DNA from: Fibrobacterales bacterium
GTDB lineage: Bacteria > Fibrobacterota > Fibrobacteria > Fibrobacterales > JAOPTW01
NCBI GenBank assembly: GCA_051532055.1
Contig: JAOPTX010000009.1
Coordinates: 16,262 to 80,261 of the forward strand
Direction of reading: 5' to 3'
Length of the DNA: 64,000 nucleotides
In this document: positions 57,607 through 64,000 of the stretch, one piece after another
Numbering within the stretch: position 1 is the stretch's first letter
Layout: every line of letters begins with the position of its first letter
Translations under genes and position numbers: made by a program
The notes under the pieces: generated by a model
Databases searched by the model: none
Told to the model about the DNA's origin: nothing
The model's input: the letters and a program-made list of their open reading frames with translations, nothing else

Positions 57607-58164
57607 ATGTCACATATAAAATCAATAGCACTGGTATCAATAGTCGTTTTTGGAATAGGAATGGCCCATGCAGGAGAGGGACATTCGCATCACCAACATC
57701 AGGCTAAAAAACAGATGAATACAGAGGTACACGATCACAGCACTCATGAACATAGTCAAGATTTATTAAAAAGCATGGATGTGTTTCTTGATGAGTATAT
57801 GAAAATTTCAGAGTTTTTGGCTGCAGATAATTTTTCTAAAGCACAACAGCAGGCGGTCTCTTTAGATAAGGCGATTCATGCGTTGAAGCATAAGGCAGGG
57901 TCACCCTTTAGAAAACAGTTAAAACAAGCGCTGCATACAATCTCTAGTGCAAAAAATATAACTACTGCTCGTAAAGGGTATTTTGAACTTTCAAAAATTG
58001 TTATTCCCCATGTTAAAATGATGGGTGGTCTATCAAAAGGGAACCTCTACTATTGTCCGATGGCATTGAATGGTAAAGGTGCACAGTGGATGCAGAAAGG
58101 AACCAAGACACGGAACCCTTACTATGGTTCGCAAATGCTTGGGTGTGGCTCTCCGGTTAAATAG
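57607..58164 (+). CDS. DUF3347-like periplasmic heavy-metal-binding protein with His-rich N-terminus
   Basis: HSHHQH/HDHSTHEH; YCPMA...GAQW...NPYYGSQMLGCG. Confidence 0.8.
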   Translation: MSHIKSIALVSIVVFGIGMAHAGEGHSHHQHQAKKQMNTEVHDHSTHEHSQDLLKSMDVFLDEYMKISEFLAADNFSKAQQQAVSLDKAIHALKHKAGSPFRKQLKQALHTISSAKNITTARKGYFELSKIVIPHVKMMGGLSKGNLYYCPMALNGKGAQWMQKGTKTRNPYYGSQMLGCGSPVK

Positions 58165-58194
58165 TGGCGAGGGGTTGATGGTGCAGCCCTTATT

Positions 58195-58998
58195 TTAGGG
58201 AGCGATCTCCTTGGTAACCTTGAATAATGTTTGAGCTTCGCTCTGAGTGAGTACTATGTGAAAGTCATCTTCAATGATGGCTTTCAATTGAGGAGCGCTC
58301 TGAATGTGAATCGCTTCGGTGTGCTCTTTCCCAATTTTGTGATACTGATCATTTCTTAACGAGAGGGTGACATCCGGGAGGATACGAGCTATCACGAGAT
58401 TGTTTACAAAAATAGCGTTCGGGTGCGTGCATGAATAGAAGTTACCCATTGCGCAGTCTGCTTCAGTATACCGGTACAGATCAAAGGTGTAGAGTACAAA
58501 GGGTCCGCTCTCCTTGAGTAACTCAAGTTGGAAATCATTGTTCGCATTAACCGTAATTCTATAGGTTTTATTTTCTTGGTGAGAAACAAATCCATGTTCA
58601 ATTTTGATAGGTTCTTGTATACAGTTGGGCCCAAAGCCCACATCGACTATGTACTGCTCACTCTCAAAGGTGAGTAGTGTGATGCGGTGCGTTCTCGGTG
58701 GATCGATACTTTGATTATTCACTACCTTAGCGATGAGACATCGTACATCAAAGCCAAGAGAGTCTAATACATCATGAAAGAGTTTGTTATGTTCAAAACA
58801 GTATCCCCCTAAATTCTTCTGGACAATTTTTTCGACAATGCCTTCGATCTGAATTGAAAGAGGCCAGTCGAGTAACACGGCTACGTTATTAAAGCAAAAG
58901 TGGGAGAGATGCTTTTTTTGTAATTCAGCAACCAAGCCCAGAGAGGGTTCTTGCTGTGTAACATCAAGGGAATTAAGGTAGGTGTTTAAGCTTTTCAT
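58195..58998 (-). CDS. Arylamine N-acetyltransferase
   Basis: GGYCFEHN, THR, VDVGFG (Cys-His-Asp triad). Confidence 0.9.
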   Translation of the reverse strand: MKSLNTYLNSLDVTQQEPSLGLVAELQKKHLSHFCFNNVAVLLDWPLSIQIEGIVEKIVQKNLGGYCFEHNKLFHDVLDSLGFDVRCLIAKVVNNQSIDPPRTHRITLLTFESEQYIVDVGFGPNCIQEPIKIEHGFVSHQENKTYRITVNANNDFQLELLKESGPFVLYTFDLYRYTEADCAMGNFYSCTHPNAIFVNNLVIARILPDVTLSLRNDQYHKIGKEHTEAIHIQSAPQLKAIIEDDFHIVLTQSEAQTLFKVTKEIAP

Positions 58999-59010
58999 AT
59001 GAATAAATGT

Positions 59011-59180
59011 AGTATATCAATACCGCCAAAGCAATCCAACCTCAGCAAAGATGTCAACGGTATTTTTAAAATCTTTTTCTAATAAGAGTGTGCTTAATGC
59101 ACTACTGAGATAAAAGGTAGAGAACGAATTGGTATTGACTCCAACCTTAATGTTGAGTGCGGTCATAACGGTGTTCTTGG
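59011..59180 (-). pseudogene. Duplicated 3' end of the 60525-61403 gene (repeat copy 1)
   Basis: 170-bp ungapped match to 60519-60688, 18 mismatches by hand count; ends EVGLLWRY*. Confidence 0.85.
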
Positions 59181-59286
59181 GAATTATGTTGTAGATGTGT
59201 TTGACCGGACGCATATGAGATCTTTGAGGCTTAGAGTTGCTTCCCCAAGCCAAAGGAGCTAGGGGCTTTACAGAAATGTTTTTACA

Positions 59287-60141
59287 CTACCATTTAACAG
59301 GGTATGAAGGTCTTTCAAAAGCATTACCGTTCCCCCATTTCATATAAAATATACCTACTTTATCAACAGTTTTACTTTTGCCTATTGATCCAGCCCATTG
59401 TCCTGAAAATTTCCACCCGTCCCAATGGCTCGTTCCAGTATGTTGAGTGCGATACTGCATAAAACCTGGTTTAAAATATGGACTCCCAGTAGACCAAAAT
59501 CTAACCGCTTCAAGTCTTCTTGACTGGCCTGTTGTTCCAATTATTGAATTAGATACTTCCGTATCACCAATATTTTGAACATGCCCTTGTCCCCTTATAG
59601 AAGAGTTATTCCATTGGACTGCTTCAAGGCGCTTCTCGCTCCATCCCAAGCTACCTCTATCAATCCAAGTACTTCTATCTTCAGAGTGGCTCCATCCGTG
59701 GGATTGCGAATGTATTCTATAACTAAACCCAAGTTCATTTGTAGGTACTGCAGCTATAGACTGCTTCAGTAGTAGGGGAGCTGTTTCACCCATAGCAAAA
59801 ATGCTTGCACTCTGCAACAATTCAGATATTATTGGGCTCTCTTTTGCTTCTTCTCTCAATTTGCCAGTTTTTGGATTATAAGTAAGTAAAAATGCTTGTG
59901 CAGAATCAATTTTACCCTCTTTTTCAAATCTTGTAACTATGGCACTTATTAATGAAGTATCGAGTTCATTATATATACTGTTTTCATTATTGCCGTCAAA
60001 TAGAAATAGATATTCTAACTCAGTTGATTCGCTTTGTTCACTGACGACTGAATGGGGGGTTGTTGGGTTGTTTTCAGAACAACTTACAACAATAAATATT
60101 GTGAAAAAAAATAGTGTTCTAATATATAAGTTTATTTGCAT
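59287..60141 (-). CDS. Lipoprotein with clostridial hydrophobic-W (ChW)-like repeats
   Basis: VVSC lipobox; YRIHSQSHGW, KRLEAVQ, HVQNIG, GTTGQSRRLEAVRF, WAGSIGKS. Confidence 0.75.
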   Translation of the reverse strand: MQINLYIRTLFFFTIFIVVSCSENNPTTPHSVVSEQSESTELEYLFLFDGNNENSIYNELDTSLISAIVTRFEKEGKIDSAQAFLLTYNPKTGKLREEAKESPIISELLQSASIFAMGETAPLLLKQSIAAVPTNELGFSYRIHSQSHGWSHSEDRSTWIDRGSLGWSEKRLEAVQWNNSSIRGQGHVQNIGDTEVSNSIIGTTGQSRRLEAVRFWSTGSPYFKPGFMQYRTQHTGTSHWDGWKFSGQWAGSIGKSKTVDKVGIFYMKWGNGNAFERPSYPVKW

Positions 60142-60518
60142 GATGGTTGCCTTTATTTGTTAAATGAATATCTGAAATAATACATTTTTAATTATACCTA
60201 CCTATACTCATAGTAATTCAATAAGTGTATACTGGTCACAGCGTGTGAACAATATTAATATGAACTTCATCCGTTAATAGACAATAAAAATATCCATTTT
60301 ATAAATGGAAGAATTCCATGTGCCGATACTATAAAGCCATCGGGAAGTTTTGGAGAAGATTCACTTTATTTTACTCGCAAACACTTTCCTCTTATAACGG
60401 CGAAGCCATCTATGCTCTGGGTGTCTCTATTGTGAATGTTACACGCATCGATATTTAGGGAATAAGAGCCTTGATGACTTTGAATAGTGTTTGAGTTTCG
60501 TTCTGAGTGATATTTGAA

Positions 60519-60688
60519 AGTATATCAATACCGCCAAAGCAATCCAACCTCAACAAAGATATCCATCGTATTTTTAAAATCTCTCTCCAAGAGGAGTGTG
60601 CTTAATGCACCACTCAGATAAAAGGTAGAGAACGAATTAGCATTGACTCCAACCTTCATGTTGAGTGCGGTCATGATGGTGTTTTTGG
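60519..60688 (-). repeat. Direct repeat copy 2 (3' end of intact gene)
   Basis: Matches 59011-59180. Confidence 0.85.
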
Positions 60689-61403
60689 AACTCCAGATAG
60701 GTTCAGAAGTGTGTTTGTTTATTGTTTGGGTAATACTATTGTTCAAGTAGAGGTAGCGCAGTTGGATGCCACCTCGTACAAAGATAAAGGGCGTTTCATA
60801 ATGGATTTCGCTTAGGAGCCCAGCACTTATCATTTCGCTTGTATAGGCAACGTGGTTGGGGTGATGGTTTTCATTCTGCTTTTCACACTCTTGTTCTGCT
60901 TGGTACGAAGGTTCGTCATCGCAATCATAGTAGTTTAAAAAATTGACGGTATAGAAATAGGTGGAATCATCACCACTACTCTCTAAACTTGATTGCTGAA
61001 GATCAAGTGATGTGACATAATAGAGGTTACGGGTGAGTGGTATGTTGTGCTCCATACCAAATTGGTGATGCATACCCATGAGAGCGGTACTTTGCAAAAG
61101 GGGGTTTATGCTATAGAAGATCTGAATACGTGGAGTGACTTTAACAGCAAGTGCCCCTCTTAAAGTGACGCTCGATTTAACCTCAAGTTTTTGATCAAGA
61201 AGCGTTTCATCGTGACTGATAAAAACTGCGCTCCCTTTGCCGGCGGTTACTCCTCCAGAAAGGACCGTTGAGTCATTAATAAAGCCCGTGGGGTTGGACA
61301 TATGTACTTTTTGTCGAATAGGTTTTGCTTTGACGGCTATACCGCAATTGACAAAAGCCATGAGGGTAATGAGGAGGATATATATTTGAGGTTTTAAGCT
61401 CAT
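60525..61403 (-). CDS. Hypothetical exported protein, probable outer-membrane beta-barrel
   Basis: Signal with FVNC; alternating hydrophobic strands; terminal VGLLWRY. Confidence 0.6.
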   Translation of the reverse strand: MSLKPQIYILLITLMAFVNCGIAVKAKPIRQKVHMSNPTGFINDSTVLSGGVTAGKGSAVFISHDETLLDQKLEVKSSVTLRGALAVKVTPRIQIFYSINPLLQSTALMGMHHQFGMEHNIPLTRNLYYVTSLDLQQSSLESSGDDSTYFYTVNFLNYYDCDDEPSYQAEQECEKQNENHHPNHVAYTSEMISAGLLSEIHYETPFIFVRGGIQLRYLYLNNSITQTINKHTSEPIWSSKNTIMTALNMKVGVNANSFSTFYLSGALSTLLLERDFKNTMDIFVEVGLLWRY

Positions 61404-61613
61404 ACTATCGTGTCTCTGAATGAGTGTGTCCGTAGGTTAGACGATTATTGGGTCGGTAGTGTAACCGGTACCCAATAAATGATACTTTAATGGAGTATAA
61501 TGCTCATAATTCATGGATGTGGGCATTACATCTCAATTGGTAACAGTCTCATTTTAGGTGCTTCATTGAGAAGTCCAGCTCTAACCATTTCACTCGTTAC
61601 TCTACAGAGAGCC

Positions 61614-63773
61614 TTAAAAAACCGTTGCAGTCACCGTAGCCGAAAAGGATGGTGGCAGTATTCTATACATGCTTGTGGTCTGAAAATAATTCCTTTTATT
61701 GTAATCCTCATCTACAAATCCCAACAAATTGTGTCCGGTAATTCTAAACGTGTAGTTATCCCAAAGAACATATTGGGCTCCGAGATTAAAATAGATGCTC
61801 TCTTCAAATGCTCTTGTTTCGCCAGGGTCATACTGTGGACCAAATACATTGGGAGGTTCATTTTCAGCCATGTTATAGTCTGCATTGTCTTGACCTCCCG
61901 GAAGCCACCAATAGGCCCTGAGTGAAGATGTGATAGAGAGTTCTTTGTTTACCATATAGGTAAAAGATAGTTTACTCGAGTGCGTACTCCAGTTTGCTAA
62001 ATCATGGCCATATCCATACGCTTTGGAGGTGAAATTATTATTGCCTGCACTGTGTTTACTATCGTAATCAATTAATGTTGTGTAATTATGAGAGAGAGAG
62101 AGTCGTCCCAACTTCCCCTGGTATTCCCATTCAGCATCAACACCCAAAAGCTTCATATCACCAACAACTTTTGAATAATTATCTTCCCAACTCCAGGCTA
62201 CGATACTTAAATCATTGTAATACACTGACCCAAGAAGCCTATTTGATTCAGTAAGCTGTTTTTCGTATCGCACTTCATAGCTTTTCAATACTTCCATCTG
62301 TTTATTATTTTCATCTTTTTCATCTGCAATATATATATCAACATCATCTGGTTTTCGTACCGATCGTAGGACCATAACTTTTATGATATCGGACTGAGTG
62401 GGTGAGAAAATAAGAGAAGCTCGGGGGGATGCCATTATATCAGTATAGGTGTGTTTATCGAGTCGTCCTCCAATAAGAGTAATAAGTGATTCATTTATTT
62501 TCCATTGGTGTTCACCAAACAGAGCAAAGTGTGATGTTTCCCACTCACTGTTTTTGTCAACCTGATCATCAACTTTAGATGAATCTGTTCTGCTATAGGG
62601 GCTTTTTCTCCCAAACAAATCATAGATACCTTCAAGCCCAACCACAGCAGTATGTGATGCATTGGGGGTGTACGTTAATTTGGTGGAACCGTAGTGTTCA
62701 TATTCACCAAAATTGATACCATCTTTTATCCATTGATTGTGGGTTAGTTGACTACCCAATGTAGCATCGAGGGTAAGGGCGTTATTAATTTTTTGAGTGA
62801 CCGAACCATTCAGAGTAAATTGTTGATATAAAAGACCCCAACCCTGTAAGTTTTTAGTTGAGTCGGACCACTTAAAAAAGGCCGCATCTTTTAATTTTGA
62901 ACTTGCCCCAAGAGTATACCGTCCCCACAGTTTAAAATTATCTGACTCCAATTGAATATGCGCTTTGTGTCGATATTTTTTAAAATAACTTTCGTTCCAT
63001 GGGGTGACTTCAAAGGGGACTGCTTCACCTGCGGTAACTGATTGACTATCCTTGGTAGTAAAACTATGACTAAACTTAATGGGGGCATCATCACTCTGTG
63101 CGCCATCATACGAATCTATACCATAATAGGTATACAATGAGAGGTCATTGTTAAAAGTGGTACCATAGTGGAGTTGTAGATTAATATACTCTTCAACGAG
63201 ACCCGTTGAAGCCGATACTTCAAGGCCTTCGTGAGTTTTACCCGATTTAGTTTGAATACTTACTATTCCCGCAATAGCTCCGGGGCCATATACTGCAGAA
63301 CCGGGATTTCGAATGACGGTAATGGTATGTATGTCACCCAGCATCGAAAAATAGCGTTCAGAACTTGCACCGCCTTCTCTCGTTTTTATGGTCATGGGTT
63401 TACCATTAACCACCATAAGTAACTTATTATTTCGGTCACTTATTATCCCTCTCAGTCCAATCATTGTGCCGTTCGACTTTTCCATAAGCTGAAGCCCCGG
63501 AACATAAATATCAAGGAGTTCATCTAAACTGCGTGCACCTGATCGTGCAATTTGATCAGAAGTTATGAGAGTAACTGCGGAGGGTGTTTCGCCATGGGTA
63601 AATGAGGTAAGGGTAGCTCCAAAAACTTTTTGATTCATTAACTCTACAAGAGAGAGGGAGAATAATTTATTTATGCTTGATTGATCAGTAAGTTCTGCGT
63701 ATGATTTAGGACGATCGTTTCCCCATGATAAAACTATCATAATGGAAATCAAAAACACTGTTACTTTTTTCAT
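61614..63773 (-). CDS. TonB-dependent receptor
   Basis: LSLVELMN, PSAVTLIT, LRG, NG, PGSAVYGPGAIAGIVSI plug; GGRLD; NLL; C-terminal F. Confidence 0.9.
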   Translation of the reverse strand: MKKVTVFLISIMIVLSWGNDRPKSYAELTDQSSINKLFSLSLVELMNQKVFGATLTSFTHGETPSAVTLITSDQIARSGARSLDELLDIYVPGLQLMEKSNGTMIGLRGIISDRNNKLLMVVNGKPMTIKTREGGASSERYFSMLGDIHTITVIRNPGSAVYGPGAIAGIVSIQTKSGKTHEGLEVSASTGLVEEYINLQLHYGTTFNNDLSLYTYYGIDSYDGAQSDDAPIKFSHSFTTKDSQSVTAGEAVPFEVTPWNESYFKKYRHKAHIQLESDNFKLWGRYTLGASSKLKDAAFFKWSDSTKNLQGWGLLYQQFTLNGSVTQKINNALTLDATLGSQLTHNQWIKDGINFGEYEHYGSTKLTYTPNASHTAVVGLEGIYDLFGRKSPYSRTDSSKVDDQVDKNSEWETSHFALFGEHQWKINESLITLIGGRLDKHTYTDIMASPRASLIFSPTQSDIIKVMVLRSVRKPDDVDIYIADEKDENNKQMEVLKSYEVRYEKQLTESNRLLGSVYYNDLSIVAWSWEDNYSKVVGDMKLLGVDAEWEYQGKLGRLSLSHNYTTLIDYDSKHSAGNNNFTSKAYGYGHDLANWSTHSSKLSFTYMVNKELSITSSLRAYWWLPGGQDNADYNMAENEPPNVFGPQYDPGETRAFEESIYFNLGAQYVLWDNYTFRITGHNLLGFVDEDYNKRNYFQTTSMYRILPPSFSATVTATVF

Positions 63774-64000
63774 GTCATTACCGCCTGCAACTACACTACT
63801 ATAATAGCGTTAATTCCATTGTAATGCACGCGGCTTTCCCATTATATTGATCTTTTTGAGTTTAATTCATGGGTAGGGCTCTTTTGAATGGTTCAATGGT
63901 AGTACGGCTCTAGCCGCTTAATTTACTGTGACTCCTCAGAAAATGTGCAGTCATGAGATAGAGTATCACTCTCCCGGCACAATCATATACCTCGGAGAAT

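Noticed and set aside
60390..60445. Integron attC site (TAAC...GTTA)
   Set aside because: Ends do not fit RYYYAAC/GTTRRRY, internal pairing is poor, and there is no integrase or second site.
59011..60688. Diversity-generating retroelement TR/VR pair
   Set aside because: Mismatches involve all four bases rather than being adenine-specific, and no reverse transcriptase is in the window.
1..64000. CRISPR array, tRNA/rRNA, IS or prophage
   Set aside because: No regularly spaced repeats, cloverleaf/rRNA signatures, transposase or phage genes were recognised by eye.
63774..64000. Cobalamin riboswitch upstream of the TonB-dependent receptor
   Set aside because: Only an isolated GGGAA was seen; no B12-box or conserved core, and the region is truncated by the window edge.

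Overview
An AT-rich, gene-dense bacterial chromosomal segment, most likely Fibrobacterota. This rests on five TIGR02147/DUF4423-type paralogues, many lipoproteins with Ser-rich 'SSS' linkers, and scattered CAZymes without susC/susD pairs. No rRNA, tRNA, CRISPR array, transposase or integrase was recognised. The most striking structure is a five-times repeated two-gene module: a cytoplasmic HTH-bearing TIGR02147 protein translationally coupled to a lipoprotein. Each lipoprotein carries a conserved G/S-T/I-x(0-2)-E/D-x-x-N-x-I motif shortly after its lipid-Cys, then a beta-sandwich domain and a variable C-terminal cargo. Two of these loci have phased repeats in their promoter regions. Other notable content: a fused PlsA/PlsR-like (plasmalogen/ether-lipid) enzyme; two CotH kinases; an exported PPDK-N-only protein; a His-rich sensor/sigma-54 metal module with a readable -24/-12 promoter and enhancer sites; a clan GH-A hydrolase with a duplicated N-terminal module; a ChW-repeat gene bracketed by a 170-bp gene-end duplication; a candidate 19-aa peptide/sRNA unit; and a metallophosphoesterase remnant. 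All family assignments were made by eye from motifs; no searches were run.
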